Positions 10,505 through 21,742 are shown, numbered from the stretch's first letter. The stretch: DNA of 64,000 nt from Methanomicrobia archaeon (GCA_015660915.1 JACTTZ010000005.1:29035-93034), one strand, 5' to 3'. Notes: generated from the sequence alone by a model not told the origin. Translations and numbers: made by a program.

Positions 10505-10987
10505 ATGCAGCGAAGGTTAGACGCAGTACGAACCAATAGCGCGCTCCAAAACCTTTGGACACGACGAGCAATCGCGTTTGTCATCGACTCACTGGTGCTC
10601 CTAATTGTGTTCGTTGTGTTAAACGCAGTGTTGGCAATTGTTTTGTTCCTGCCTTTGTTAGTCCTTAACGTGAACGCGTTTGGCGGATTATTTTCAGGAT
10701 TTTCGGCGGTATTCGGCCTCGTTATCGTTTGGGGGTACTATGTCGCGATGGAAGGGTCAGCAGGTACGACGATCGGCAAGCGGTTTATGGACCTGAAAAT
10801 GAGGTCGCTCAGAGGCAGCATGAGCTATACAAAGGCCTTCGTGAGAAGTTTCACGAAAGCGTGGATTCCTGTGTTCGCGTTTCTGTTCGCATTAGATCTG
10901 ATTATTGGCTTCGTAACCCAAGGAGATCCACGACAGCGGTTCTCGGATACGGTCGCCGACACCGCCGTAGTCCACGCGCGTGCTTGA
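10505..10987 (+). CDS. RDD family membrane protein
   Basis: [30 protein letters not shown], hydrophobic helices. Confidence 0.85.
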   Translation: MQRRLDAVRTNSALQNLWTRRAIAFVIDSLVLLIVFVVLNAVLAIVLFLPLLVLNVNAFGGLFSGFSAVFGLVIVWGYYVAMEGSAGTTIGKRFMDLKMRSLRGSMSYTKAFVRSFTKAWIPVFAFLFALDLIIGFVTQGDPRQRFSDTVADTAVVHARA

Positions 10988-11045
10988 GGTAGCCTACAAA
11001 AGGCGTAAACTGTGGAAGCGCTGCTACTTCGGCGAGGTGATTGTG

Positions 11046-12224
11046 GTGAGCAAAGTTGTGCTTTCATATTCAGGCGGTCTCGACACCTCCGTCTGCATTC
11101 CCATTTTGAGAGAGCGGTATAAATATGACAAGGTCATCACCGTTACGGTTGACGTCGGTCAACCGCAGAGCGATCTGAAAAAAGCAGAGACTCGCGCTGC
11201 AACGCTCAGCGACAAGCATTATACAATCGATTCGAAGGAAGAGTTCGTCGAACAGTACTTGTTTCCGTTGATTAAGGCAAACGGCAGCTACGAAGGGTAT
11301 ACCCTCGGACAAGCCATTGCCCGACCCCTCATCGCAAAGAAAGTGCTTGAGGTGGCCGACCGCGAGGGCGTCTCAGCTATCGCACACGGTTGCACCGGAA
11401 AAGGCAATGACCAGCTGCGATTCGAGGCCATTTTCCGCGCGTCAAAATATAAGATTCGCGCACCGATGCGCGAACTCAATCTCACGCGCTCCGAGGAAAT
11501 TGAATACGCGCTGGAGCAAGGAATTGACGTGTCGACTACTTTTGAAAAACCGTACAGCGTAGACGAAAATCTCTGGTCGCGCTCCATCGAGGGAGGTCGC
11601 CTCGAGGATCCCGCCTGTGTCCCGCCGGAGGACGTCTACAAATGGACGACAGCTCCGACAAAAGCGGAAACCAAGCTCCAGTTGAACCTCGATTTTAAAC
11701 GAGGCGTCCCAGTCTCAATAGATGGAAGGCATTCAAGCGGCTTAGAGCTCATTAGAGAGCTTAACGAAGTAGCAGGCAAACGCGGAATCGGACGGACGGA
11801 CCTTATGGAGGATAGGATCCTCGGCCTCAAGGCCCGAGAGATCTACGAACACCCCGCAGCGACAGTCATTCTAACAGCTCACAAAGATTTAGAGGCGCTT
11901 GTGCTGACACGAAAGGAGCGGAAGTTCAAGGAGCTGGTCGATTCGGCGTGGGCTGAGCTTGCCTACGAAGGCTTGCTCGAGGAGCCACTCTGCGCGGCCC
12001 TTGACGCGTTCATCAACACGACGCAAGAGAGAGTGACGGGTTCAGTCACAATGCTATTGCACAAAGGACTTGCAACCGTCCGCGCTCGCAGTTCGCCCAA
12101 TGCGCTATATTCAGAAGAGCTCGTCTCATTTAACGATAAGTCGCTTGATCAACGCGACGCCGAAGGATTCTCCAAATACCACGGTTTTCAGAGCCGTGCG
12201 TACCGGAAGTTCGTCAAATACTAA
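11046..12224 (+). CDS. argG: argininosuccinate synthase
   Basis: [30 protein letters not shown]; start placed at GTG 11046. Confidence 0.96.
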   Translation: MSKVVLSYSGGLDTSVCIPILRERYKYDKVITVTVDVGQPQSDLKKAETRAATLSDKHYTIDSKEEFVEQYLFPLIKANGSYEGYTLGQAIARPLIAKKVLEVADREGVSAIAHGCTGKGNDQLRFEAIFRASKYKIRAPMRELNLTRSEEIEYALEQGIDVSTTFEKPYSVDENLWSRSIEGGRLEDPACVPPEDVYKWTTAPTKAETKLQLNLDFKRGVPVSIDGRHSSGLELIRELNEVAGKRGIGRTDLMEDRILGLKAREIYEHPAATVILTAHKDLEALVLTRKERKFKELVDSAWAELAYEGLLEEPLCAALDAFINTTQERVTGSVTMLLHKGLATVRARSSPNALYSEELVSFNDKSLDQRDAEGFSKYHGFQSRAYRKFVKY

Positions 12225-12253
12225 AACAGACACGCTTTGAAGGAGGGAGGGGC

Positions 12254-12354
12254 ATCACGGACGAACCCTTCAAGCAACTAGAGGAATTTGAGCGGTTCTT
12301 CATAATGCCATAGAGCGCTATCGGAGCGTGCTGGAAGAACTAGCGGAGATGTAG
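12254..12354 (+). pseudogene. probable decayed short antitoxin upstream of Doc/Fic gene
   Basis: After GGAGGGAGGG: ATC (start lost?) TDEPFKQLEEFER, frameshift, then VLHNAIERYRSVLEELAEM*, ending 2 nt before the Doc ORF. Confidence 0.5.
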
Positions 12355-12356
12355 CA

Positions 12357-12755
12357 TTGGTCGTGTACTTGACGCTAGAACAAGTGCGAAGCATACACCA
12401 CGCGATGATTCAGGCGATTGAAGGCGAGCATGACACGTGTCTTCACCCTGGCATTTACGAAAATCTCCTTGCGGGCTGCCTCGACCGCCCACAAACGACC
12501 ATTCATAACTATACACCTTACCCGGATATATTCCTGAAAGCCGCTTCGCTACTCGAATGTATCATCAGCACGAATTCGTTCATCGATGGTTCTAAGAGGG
12601 CCGGTTTCCTAGCATGCGATCTCTTCTTGGAGCAGAATGGTTATTACATCGATCCAAAAGCACGAATAAAGAGGTTCTTATTGGCTATTGCACGAAATGA
12701 AGTTGATCTTACGACGATTGCAGATTGGCTTCAACCGAACGCCTTGCAGAGGTAA
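12357..12755 (+). CDS. Doc/Fic family protein with degenerate active-site motif
   Basis: YLTLEQVRSIH, YPDIFLKAA, TNSFIDGSKRAG (canonical HxFxDGNKR), FLEQNG. Confidence 0.8.
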   Translation: MVVYLTLEQVRSIHHAMIQAIEGEHDTCLHPGIYENLLAGCLDRPQTTIHNYTPYPDIFLKAASLLECIISTNSFIDGSKRAGFLACDLFLEQNGYYIDPKARIKRFLLAIARNEVDLTTIADWLQPNALQR

Positions 12756-12949
12756 ACAAGGGTCACTTCAAATCCGCGATCTATACCCAAACAGTATTAG
12801 AAAGCGTCTATACTCAATTTAAGTTCTATGGCCTGTTGCGAGCACATATTAGACGCGTTAACGATACGGTAGCCTCGGCCACAGATCGCGCTGCAACGAC
12901 ACCTGCTGGTTTTGCAGGGAGGTAATGGTTGCCCTAAAACCCTCGTCAG

Positions 12950-13540
12950 TTATGGACTCACTGAAGAGCTTCGTGTCCGACTAGTGGTTGGAGTGAGGGT
13001 AGGACTTGCCGTGGGTGTCGGCGAAGGAGTCGGTGAGGGGCTTGGTGTCGGGCTGGGTGATGGCGAAGGTGATGGGCTGGGCGATGGCGAAGGTGATGGG
13101 CTGGGCGAAGGTGATGGCGTCGGGGTTGGGGTTGGTTTTGGAATGACTCGCAGCACACCTTCTCCTCTTGACCCCGCATAATCGGCGTTGCCCTTGTATT
13201 CTGCAAGAATTTGATGCTCTCCGGTCGACAACACCGAGACGTCGCTGACCGAAAGGTTGTGCGCAGCAAAACCAAAATAGGTGGAGCTTTGCCCAAGGGG
13301 CTTGCCATCGAGGTACCAGTAGACGACTTGATTGTCAAGACCCTGTCCGTTCGATGTGTTCAAAATGCAGGAAAGAGAGGTGTTGTAACCGACCATCACC
13401 TCAACCGATCTGACCACGAGCACGGAGTTTGCGAGAGGCGAGGTGTTCTCCTTATTGGTTTGCCCACCTCCCAAACAGCCACACGAAAGCAGCATTATGA
13501 GTATGAGCGAAATTACAGCAGTAGGGACTTTTTGTCGCAT
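12950..13540 (-). CDS. putative lipoprotein with Ig-like domain and Pro/Ser/Thr-rich tail
   Basis: Signal peptide with lipobox-like LSCGC; [15 protein letters not shown] (bacterial Ig-like); (PS)n/(PT)n tail. Confidence 0.75.
   Translation of the reverse strand: MRQKVPTAVISLILIMLLSCGCLGGGQTNKENTSPLANSVLVVRSVEVMVGYNTSLSCILNTSNGQGLDNQVVYWYLDGKPLGQSSTYFGFAAHNLSVSDVSVLSTGEHQILAEYKGNADYAGSRGEGVLRVIPKPTPTPTPSPSPSPSPSPSPSPSPSPSPSPTPSPSPTPSPTPTASPTLTPTTSRTRSSSVSP
13010..13135. repeat. low-complexity repeat encoding (PS)n/(PT)n
   Basis: Repeated gatggcgaaggtgatgggctgggc units. Confidence 0.8.
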
Positions 13541-13936
13541 GGATTACGACTCACGCTGTCGTGACGCCTTCGTCCGCCTATCTCGGGCTGAAAATCAATC
13601 AAAAAGCAATTGTTTACTATCTATATATATTGTGTTTGCTGTAGTCGCATTTCGCGCGTTTCCGCAACCAGAAACTATCTAGACTTTACAGGGCAAAAAG
13701 AAGTGGTCCATTTTCTCTACGTGCTCAATCCAGTTTCTCCACGTGTTGTCCACCAAAGAGTTTCGGCTCCTTACAGGGCATTTCGCAGACTTCAACCCCC
13801 GCGCGAACCTAGATTGTCGCTTGCGTTGAATCAAGAGATAGCAGATGCTGCGACTCGCTATTTAAGCTTGTGACATCAAAAAAAGAAAGGAAGAGATGAC
13901 TGCAAAGCGCAATCATCAACGGCTCACGGCCGGCCT

Positions 13937-15562
13937 TTAGTACATTTCCGGACCTTCGCCTCCGAGTTCTGGCGTCTCACTGCTAGCGGCGATTATGTCG
14001 TCAATTCTCAAGATCATGTTGGCAGCTTCCGTCGCAGATTCGACCGCATTGAGTTTCACCCGGAGCGGGTCAACTACGTTAAGGGCCAGCATGTCTCGAA
14101 TGTCGCCGTCGACTGATATGCCTGCGTTTCGGTCGCCCGATTCGTGAGCGCTGCGAAGCTCGACAAGTTTGTCGAGTGGATCCCCTCCTGTATTTTCAAT
14201 AAGCGTTTTTGGAATGATCTCCATGGCATTCGCAAAAGCGCGAACGGATAGTTGCTCACGTCCTCCAAAAGTCGTCGCGTAGTCGCGCAGTCCCATTGCC
14301 AGTTCAGTCTCGGGAGCACCACCGCCAGCTACTACTTGGTTGTTCTCAAGGGTCAAAGAGACCACTTTTAGGGCGTCGTTGACTGCTCGGTCCATTTCAT
14401 CGACAACGTGTTCGATGCTACCGCGGAGCAGTATGGAAACTGCTTTGGGATTTTTACTGTTTTCAACGAAGATCATCTCGTTGTCACCGACTTTTCGCTC
14501 TTGCACCAAACCTGCGTAGCCGAGTTGAGAGATGTCCTCCAACGTGTCGGTGATCTTACCCCCAGTCGCCTTTTCGAGACGTTTCATGTCGCTCTTCTTG
14601 ACGCGCCGTCCCGCTAGGATGCCCGCTTTCGCAAGATAATGCTGGACGAGATCGTCGATCCCTTTTTGGCAAAAAACAACGTTTGCGCCGCTCGCAATTA
14701 TCTTGTCGGCAATTGCTTCGAGCCTCCGCTCTTCCTCGTCCCAGAATGACTGCATTTGCCCAGGATCGTTGATCTCGATCTTCGCGTCGATCTCCGTCTT
14801 TTCAATCTCCAACCCCACGTTGAGAAGAGCTATCTTGGCGTCTTTCACCGTCGTGGGCATAAGCGGGTGGACTTTCTCCTTGTCAATTATAAGGCCGTGG
14901 ACGAGTTTTGAGTCGTCGACAGATGCTCCGTAGCGACGAACCACGCTGATATCGTCCGGATCAACGGTCTTCTTTCCGTCCACGTCTTCAGCGACGAGCT
15001 GCACTGCTTCGACAACGATGTCAGCCATCTTGGTGAGCATCATCTCAGCACCCTTTCCGGTGATAGCCGTCATCGCAACATGCTTCAGCGTGGTATCATC
15101 GCCCGCAAAAGCCATTTCATTGAGTAAGTCGGCAGCCTTACGCGCTGCTAAGGTGAATCCCGCAGCAATTACGGTAGGATGCACGTCTTCACCTAAAAGC
15201 TCCTCCGATTCCCGCAAGAGTTCTCCAACAAGCACTGCGGCAGTTGTCGTCCCGTCGCCGACTTCGTCGTCCTGAGCCTTAGCAACCTCGACTACCATTT
15301 TTGCGGCTGGATGTTCGATGTCCATCTCTTTCAAGATAGTTGCTCCGTCGTTGGTGATGACGACGTCCCCGATGCTATCGACGAGCATTTTGTCCATCCC
15401 TTTGGGGCCGAGCGTCGTTCGTACTGCATTCGCTACCGCGCGAGCAGCTTCAATATTCATGGTTTGGGCTTCCTCTCCTCGCGTTCGAGTGGCGCCCTCC
15501 TTGAGTATCAAAATCGGCTGTCCGCCCGCATTAACTAGCTGTCCCGTAGTTCGTCCTGGCAT
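13937..15562 (-). CDS. ths: thermosome (group II chaperonin) subunit
   Basis: [32 protein letters not shown]. Confidence 0.97.
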   Translation of the reverse strand: MPGRTTGQLVNAGGQPILILKEGATRTRGEEAQTMNIEAARAVANAVRTTLGPKGMDKMLVDSIGDVVITNDGATILKEMDIEHPAAKMVVEVAKAQDDEVGDGTTTAAVLVGELLRESEELLGEDVHPTVIAAGFTLAARKAADLLNEMAFAGDDTTLKHVAMTAITGKGAEMMLTKMADIVVEAVQLVAEDVDGKKTVDPDDISVVRRYGASVDDSKLVHGLIIDKEKVHPLMPTTVKDAKIALLNVGLEIEKTEIDAKIEINDPGQMQSFWDEEERRLEAIADKIIASGANVVFCQKGIDDLVQHYLAKAGILAGRRVKKSDMKRLEKATGGKITDTLEDISQLGYAGLVQERKVGDNEMIFVENSKNPKAVSILLRGSIEHVVDEMDRAVNDALKVVSLTLENNQVVAGGGAPETELAMGLRDYATTFGGREQLSVRAFANAMEIIPKTLIENTGGDPLDKLVELRSAHESGDRNAGISVDGDIRDMLALNVVDPLRVKLNAVESATEAANMILRIDDIIAASSETPELGGEGPEMY

Positions 15563-15747
15563 AATCTTCCTCCTGTTAAACGTAAGATGACGTGATTACA
15601 TTGCGTGCAGTTCTATATAAAATCGATGCAAGTCGATGCGAATACACGCCGGTGTTGGCTGAACGCCGCTTGCGACAGGCGCCCGCGTCGCTTCGCCGCG
15701 CCAAAGTAAGCAAAAAAGTCTACGAGGCGTCAACATCCAGCGCGCGA

Positions 15748-16065
15748 TTACTCAGCATCAACTCGTTTCAACTCGCTTATCGTGGCCTTAGGGTGATCGT
15801 GGAGATATAACGCTATTTTCTTTTTATGAATCAGTCTGCAGTCGATGCACGTCCAGACAACGTCACCACGAGAACTCACTATCCACTTACCGAGTTGGGA
15901 ATCCTCACAAGGGTACTTCGGACAATAACAGAAAACACACACTTGTCCTTTAAAATGACAGGGATAGTGGGGGCAATCTTCTCCTTTAGGCAACCCCTCA
16001 GGTTCGCTCAAGTGCTCCCGTCTCTTGCGGTCTTCAGGATACTCTTCCTCTTCTATATGTTCCAT
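15748..16065 (-). CDS. cysteine-rich small domain protein
   Basis: CPHYPCHFKGQVCVFCYCPKYPC...VWTCIDCRLIH. Confidence 0.85.
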   Translation of the reverse strand: MEHIEEEEYPEDRKRREHLSEPEGLPKGEDCPHYPCHFKGQVCVFCYCPKYPCEDSQLGKWIVSSRGDVVWTCIDCRLIHKKKIALYLHDHPKATISELKRVDAE

Positions 16066-16252
16066 TTCTTCCTGCGAGAGCGGCGTCGGCCGTGAATCGC
16101 GCTAACATACCTGTCATCTATCACGCAGCGCTGCGTCTCTTCACTAAGACGTGCCACGCCTATTTATGAGCTACGACAATCGGGCTAAATGCCGTCACAT
16201 ATTCAACTATTGATTTATATTATAACATTTATGAGTATTTTGAGGTTGAAAC

Positions 16253-16630
16253 ATGCCTATTGGAGATGTAGAACTTAAAGAACTCAGAAAAGACATGGGA
16301 TTCTCGCCGGCACTTTTGAAGCTCGTTTATGAGTCGCATCCGAAGATGTTTGACGTCATCTATAACATGGATAAAACGCTTTTGAGCGACGGAGCGATTT
16401 CAGCCAAAACAAAGAGACTAATCGCCCTTGCAGTCGTTTCTGCAATGGGCTGCGAAGCGTGCGCAACCGCACAGATGAAGGCCGCGATGAACATGGGCGC
16501 TTCGCGCGAGGAGGTATTAGACACGCTGGGGGTCCTTGTGGTAACGGCAGGCATGCCAGCTGTCGCAACGGCTCGTGAAGCACTCAGAAAGTGCTGCGAA
16601 CTTCCCGAAGAAGACTGGGGCGGAGAGTAG
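16253..16630 (+). CDS. carboxymuconolactone decarboxylase/AhpD family protein
   Basis: DGAISAKTKRLIALAV, CEAC, GASREEV. Confidence 0.85.
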   Translation: MPIGDVELKELRKDMGFSPALLKLVYESHPKMFDVIYNMDKTLLSDGAISAKTKRLIALAVVSAMGCEACATAQMKAAMNMGASREEVLDTLGVLVVTAGMPAVATAREALRKCCELPEEDWGGE

Positions 16631-16665
16631 ACCGACTGCGCTCACATCTTCCGAGCAAACAAATG

Positions 16666-16701
16666 TTGCTTGATGCGTCTCTCTGAGCGTGCATCAAGCA
16701 A
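16666..16701. terminator. 11-bp perfect inverted repeat after the CMD gene
   Basis: ttgcttgatgc (16666-76) / gcatcaagcaa (16691-701), then AT-rich tract. Confidence 0.5.
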
Positions 16702-17108
16702 ATATTTTAATAATTCTATTCTTATAATAATACATGAAGTTCTTTTAGAGTGCTCTGCGAAACAGCCCTCATTTTTCTAGTCTTCGAACCGAACCAACAA
16801 AAATGCGTCGGCGATATTTTCGCGGAGCGTTTGGCAGTTTGGCAGGTCGATAAAATGACTGAAGAGATTAACAAAAGCACGACTCCTGAAAAATCCTTGA
16901 GAGGGGGAAAGAGTCTTCTGAGCTTATATACGGTCGTCTCTACAGAGAGAATCGCCTGAGAGACCGGATACCCCGCTTTTTTTATCAATAATGAAACCGA
17001 CAACCTTTCAAACAAACAGGAAAACTAAGTGGCGAATAGTTAAGGTAGCTCATTCTATCACAATTGAACTTTATATATACATTTACAACGCACCTAGTGG
17101 TGTTGACC

Positions 17109-18002
17109 ATGTCCGATGAAATGAGAATTGCAGATGTCGCAGGTAGTAAAGTCCAGTGGGACCCGTCACAGATGCGCAAGATCCAGGAACACCCCTGCTT
17201 TTCTGAAAAAGCGTGCCACACCTTCGGGCGGTGTCATGTTCCGGTAGCGCCCAAATGCAATATCCAGTGCAACTACTGTATTCGTGACTTTGACTGTGTG
17301 AACGAGAGCCGCCCCGGCGTAACAACAAAAGTACTCAATCCTGATGAAGCTATGGATTTGATCAAAAAAGCGCTTGACAAATATGAGTACATTAAGGTCA
17401 TAGGGATCGCCGGGCCGGGTGAGCCGCTCGCAAATGAAGAGACCTTTGAAACGCTTCGTCGTCTTCATGAGCAGTACCCCAATGTCATCAAGTGCCTCAG
17501 TACAAACGGACTATTGCTCCCAGATAAAATCGACCTGCTCCAGAAATATGATGTGGGTAATATCACGGTCACCCTTAACGCCATTGACCCGGAGATCGGC
17601 GCAAAGATCTACCAGTTTGTTAATTACGAGGGCAAACACTATACGGGGATCAAAGGTGCAAAAATTCTCCTCTCCCAGCAGTTAAAAGGCATTGAAGAAG
17701 CGGTAAAGCGGCATATGATCGTCAAAATTAATACGGTCTATATTCCAGGCATCAACGACAAACATATTCCGGAGATTGCGAAAAAGGTAGCCGAAATGGG
17801 TGTGTATACTTTCAACGTTATCCCCCTCATTGCACAATACAAGTTTGCCAATATAACGCCGCCAACAATGGAGATGAAGCGTAAGATGCAGGATGAATGT
17901 ACAAAATACGTGAAACAGATGCGCCATTGCCAGCGGTGCCGGGCAGATGCAATCGGAAAACTTGGAGAGGATATTCAGTCCTGCTTATACGAAAAAACAT
18001 AA
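17109..18002 (+). CDS. nifB: NifB-like radical SAM protein (no NifX domain)
   Basis: HPC, CNIQCNYC, ESRPG, AGPGEPL, STNGLLL, CQRCRADA. Confidence 0.88.
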   Translation: MSDEMRIADVAGSKVQWDPSQMRKIQEHPCFSEKACHTFGRCHVPVAPKCNIQCNYCIRDFDCVNESRPGVTTKVLNPDEAMDLIKKALDKYEYIKVIGIAGPGEPLANEETFETLRRLHEQYPNVIKCLSTNGLLLPDKIDLLQKYDVGNITVTLNAIDPEIGAKIYQFVNYEGKHYTGIKGAKILLSQQLKGIEEAVKRHMIVKINTVYIPGINDKHIPEIAKKVAEMGVYTFNVIPLIAQYKFANITPPTMEMKRKMQDECTKYVKQMRHCQRCRADAIGKLGEDIQSCLYEKT

Positions 18003-18297
18003 TACTTTTTTTTAAAAAGAATTACAGCGCAAGTGTCCCGTTTTGAGACAAAGAAAAAGCAACCGGAACCATAATCGCGGCAAATTTGCACCCGGACTGG
18101 ATGTTGATCCTACTCTGTCAGTCATAGCAAGGACCGACGCGAGAGGCATTCCAGGGCGTAAGCGAGGGTATCAAGACCTTCTGCGATGCCCCGCCGGTGG
18201 GTAATCTCGGTATGCCAGATTTCGCAGTAGCTCGTTTGTTCAACGCGATCGCGCTTTTCGCTCAGAAAAGTTGATCTCCCCACCCATCCTTCTATAA

Positions 18298-19083
18298 GTG
18301 GTGTCTTCGATGTTTGCCCAAATAGAACTCAGTGCTGGCCTTGGGGTAGCGATTGTAATCGTTTTAGCAGTAGCTTTTTATCTGCTCTCCGGGCTTCGTG
18401 TGATCTACCAATACGAGCGCGGTGTTAAATTCACCTTCGGATCATTTAGAACCGTCTATCCCCCGGGATTGCGGTACATATTTCCAGCTTTTCAATCGGT
18501 CAAGAAAGTAGACTTGCGCGTAAACACCTTAGACATTCCGCGGCAGGAGGTCATCACGAAAGACAACGTTTCATGCAAGATCAACGCGGTGATCTTCTAC
18601 AAGGTCGTGGAGGCAGAAAAAGCCGTAATCGAAATAAGCAACTACGGCTATGCGATAAACCAGCTCGCGCAGTCGAGTCTACGAGACGTCGTCGGAACGG
18701 CCGAACTCGATACGGTCCTCGCTCGACGTGACGAGCTGGGCGAAAGAATTCGCAAGTTTGTTGACGAGTTCACGATGCCGTGGGGGATTCATGTTCTTTC
18801 AGTCGAGCTCAAGGACGTCGAGCTTCCCGAAGAGATGAAGCGTTCGATGGCCGCGCAAGCCGAAGCCGAACGAGATAGGCGTGCGCGCATCACGCTCGCA
18901 GAAGGTGAAGCGATGGCAGCAGATCGGCTGCTCGAAGCGGCCCAAACCATCGAAAAGTCGCCTACGGCTTTGCAGCTTCGACTCTATCAAGCCATGGTTA
19001 GAATCGGCGAAGAGAACAACTCTGTCATTGTGTTTCCTGTGCCAATAGAAATCCTCAGCATGTTTCAAAAACAGAAAGAGTGA
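18298..19083 (+). CDS. SPFH/band 7 (slipin/stomatin) protein
   Basis: YERGVKF, VDLRV, QEVITKDNV, QAEAERDRRA, ALQLR. Confidence 0.92.
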   Translation: MVSSMFAQIELSAGLGVAIVIVLAVAFYLLSGLRVIYQYERGVKFTFGSFRTVYPPGLRYIFPAFQSVKKVDLRVNTLDIPRQEVITKDNVSCKINAVIFYKVVEAEKAVIEISNYGYAINQLAQSSLRDVVGTAELDTVLARRDELGERIRKFVDEFTMPWGIHVLSVELKDVELPEEMKRSMAAQAEAERDRRARITLAEGEAMAADRLLEAAQTIEKSPTALQLRLYQAMVRIGEENNSVIVFPVPIEILSMFQKQKE

Positions 19084-19302
19084 CGGCAGGCTAGACGAAC
19101 GCGCTCAAAAGGGACTTGTCACCATCCTTTTAGTGTAGATAAAAAACCGTCTGATGAGGCTCATTCACGCTTTCAACGATTTTTAGATCAAAAAAGGTTA
19201 AAAAGAGCCTGAAAAACAATTTTTTTTAAAAAAAATGAGCGTTCAGCTAGGCGTTCAACCAATAGAAAACTATTAGTTATTATATCTATATTTAATACTT
19301 CT

Positions 19303-19869
19303 ATGAAATCGAAAGTCGCCATCCTCCTTGCTATGGCCGTAATCGCTAGTGTCTTCGCTGCCGGCTGCACTTCGAGCACGAATCAGAGCGCATCGCAATC
19401 AACTTCTGGCAGCATAAGCCACGATACTGTGCTCCAAGCCGTCATCAGCGACGATCTACAAGCATACAATAGCTCGCAATGGGTTCGGACGTTGAACCAA
19501 TCTGTCCAATGGGTCAACGCCACAACCGCGATGGTGACCTACAGAACAAGCGGCCAGAATGTAAGCCTCAATTATACGGCAACGTACACACGGTTCGGAT
19601 CCATTTCCAAAGCAAGCGATTATGTAAGTTCCATCAATCAAGGTTACAACGCTTCCGGCGCCGCGCAGCTGATTGGTTTCCCAGCTCTGACAACCGCGAG
19701 CTCATCTAATGATCATAAGAGCTATTTTAATGTCACTCAAAGAATGCCAAGCACGAATTCATTCATAAAAATGGAGCGCGACTCGCCAACGGCCCCCGCA
19801 AGTTACATAATCCAGGTTGACGACGTCGTGATAACGTTTAACGCAACCCTCAACAGAGCCGCATCGTGA
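19303..19869 (+). CDS. putative lipoprotein
   Basis: MKSK, hydrophobic helix, AAGC lipobox, Ser/Thr/Asn-rich body. Confidence 0.75.
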   Translation: MKSKVAILLAMAVIASVFAAGCTSSTNQSASQSTSGSISHDTVLQAVISDDLQAYNSSQWVRTLNQSVQWVNATTAMVTYRTSGQNVSLNYTATYTRFGSISKASDYVSSINQGYNASGAAQLIGFPALTTASSSNDHKSYFNVTQRMPSTNSFIKMERDSPTAPASYIIQVDDVVITFNATLNRAAS

Positions 19870-20167
19870 GAAACTGGCCATGACTTTCGCTGAAACTAGC
19901 GAAACGCTGAAAAGGCGTATTCATCAGCCTTCAGTTTCACTTCCGGCATTGGAAAAGCCGGTGCATATGCGGGCTTGTAGATCGCGCAAGTCTTCATTTT
20001 GCCGAGACTTTTTAATTGCCTCACTACACAATCAGTACGTCTCACGGCTAACGGATTTCTCGTTATCACTGTGATTGAGAGAGACGAACAAGAAAATGAA
20101 ACCTACTAACACCAAAAGAAAAGAAGGTTTCATTACAGACTCGTACGCTCCTTTAAACATATTAGCA

Positions 20168-20311
20168 ATGAGTCAAGACGACGAACGAGTCGTACTGTCT
20201 GCTCAAGATTTTGAGAAGTTGCTCGCGTGTAGGGATGTAGTCTTGTTTGCGTTGCATAGCAAGAAGGACGTGCCATACAGTCTTGTTGAAAAGGTGATGT
20301 CGAGCTTTTAG
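20168..20311 (+). CDS. small hypothetical protein (47 aa)
   Basis: MSQDDERVVLSAQDFEKLL...; start ambiguous (ORF track starts at 20075). Confidence 0.4.
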   Translation: MSQDDERVVLSAQDFEKLLACRDVVLFALHSKKDVPYSLVEKVMSSF

Positions 20312-20619
20312 CTAACACGGTCACTCGCAACCCCGCAAACGGGCACCTTAGGATACGCTGCGTGGACTGTCTTGAAGCAACGCGAAGCAGACGTTTAATT
20401 CACTCACACCACACACGACGGTAAAAGACTAACGCTTCGCGCTGAGCGAAGAACCCAGCATATAACCGCTGACTGTTCAAAACTCCGTCCAAACCACGAT
20501 CTGCACGAGCACAAAATCGATATCTTTAACTGTGTGTGAAGGATCCAACAATTATGGCAACGTTGAAATAAAAGGCCTTTTGTTCTTTTCTTGGGCCAAT
20601 TTATTTCAAGGAAAGCGTC

Positions 20620-21411
20620 ATGGCTAACGAAAAATATTGCCAGAACTGTGGGGCGAAGAATCAACCGTACGCTGCATTTTGTGAAGATTGCGGCACCTCG
20701 TTCATCCCGTCTCCCGAATCCCCGCTAACCCCCCCACTGCCGCCTCCGCCGGCAGAGCCTTTAGGCGATGAATCATTGCATGCCGCCCCTCCCGAGCCTC
20801 CTCGTCGCTTCAAGAAGCGATACGTCCTTTATGGTGTGCTCGTCCTTTTAGCGCTATTTATCGTAGCCGGCGCGATATCTGCTTCTCAACAAACGGTTAA
20901 CAGATCGATAGCGACGCCAACTACCCAAGCATCGGCTATCGCCACGATCGGGCCGACGCCCGAAGTGACAGCCTCCGTCGCAGCAACTGCGACGGCGAGC
21001 GCATCGGCCACCCCGTCGGCCACGCCGTCGACCGCAGCGTCGGCATCGCCAGACTATACGAGCAGACTAAATACTGTCGGTTTGGGGGCAGGACTCGTCA
21101 GTGCTTCTCCATTTGAAAAGGTGACGATAAACGGCAAACAGGCCTACGAGGGTACGCTCGTAAATAATGGCAAGACGTACAACGCGCAAGTCTACCCCAT
21201 GAACTCATATTCGGAGACTATCACCTTTAAGGACCAACTAATAAGTGCTTACGAATCGCAGGGATACGTGGCCTACACCCCGGGTAACGTCGCAGATACC
21301 AGCCTCAATATATGGTACGGTCTTTCAGGAAACACGCTTGTCAGCATTTCAGCGATGCCTACTTCACAAATTAACGCGCCAGTACTCTTGGTAATGACCG
21401 CGACAACCTAG
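20620..21411 (+). CDS. zinc-ribbon membrane-anchored protein
   Basis: CQNCG...FCEDCG, Pro-rich linker, one TM helix, Thr/Ala-rich stalk, external domain. Confidence 0.8.
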   Translation: MANEKYCQNCGAKNQPYAAFCEDCGTSFIPSPESPLTPPLPPPPAEPLGDESLHAAPPEPPRRFKKRYVLYGVLVLLALFIVAGAISASQQTVNRSIATPTTQASAIATIGPTPEVTASVAATATASASATPSATPSTAASASPDYTSRLNTVGLGAGLVSASPFEKVTINGKQAYEGTLVNNGKTYNAQVYPMNSYSETITFKDQLISAYESQGYVAYTPGNVADTSLNIWYGLSGNTLVSISAMPTSQINAPVLLVMTATT

Positions 21412-21562
21412 GCGCAAGCGTCGGCGACCGTGAACGAAAGTGTGCGAATCAGAATTAGCGACTCTAGACTTATCTGAAGACAAATACTCAACCACTTTGA
21501 TCGCAAAGCAGACTTGCTCAACCTGCCTTCGAACTGACAGCTGCCGTCGTTTCGGCGACTGA

Positions 21563-21742
21563 CTACCGCGATCCCGCTCTGACGCTCACAAACACATATA
21601 AGGCTGCAGCGAAAGCTAAAAGAACGTAACCGATCGCACTGACGGGCGTGAACGCGAATACGAGCCCTGTAGCTACGATAGCAGCGATAATCAGCGCCGT
21701 CTTCAGCGTTATCGTTCCCTGGACGTCAAGAGGGGTTGGCAT
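21563..21742 (-). CDS. small two-TM membrane protein (59 aa, absent from ORF track)
   Basis: MPTPLDVQGTITLKTALIIAAIVATGLVFAFTPVSAIGYVLLAFAAALYVFVSVRAGSR. Confidence 0.6.
   Translation of the reverse strand: MPTPLDVQGTITLKTALIIAAIVATGLVFAFTPVSAIGYVLLAFAAALYVFVSVRAGSR

Noticed and set aside
13010-13135. Repeats and antisense ORFs 12912-13181 and 12958-13338
   Set aside because: Shadows of the (PS)n coding tract
13679-13795. 38-aa minus-strand ORF MKSAKCPV...LPCKV
   Set aside because: Short, TTG start, no recognisable motif
13937-13990. Thermosome lacking a GGM tail
   Set aside because: Acidic tails are within known variation among paralogs
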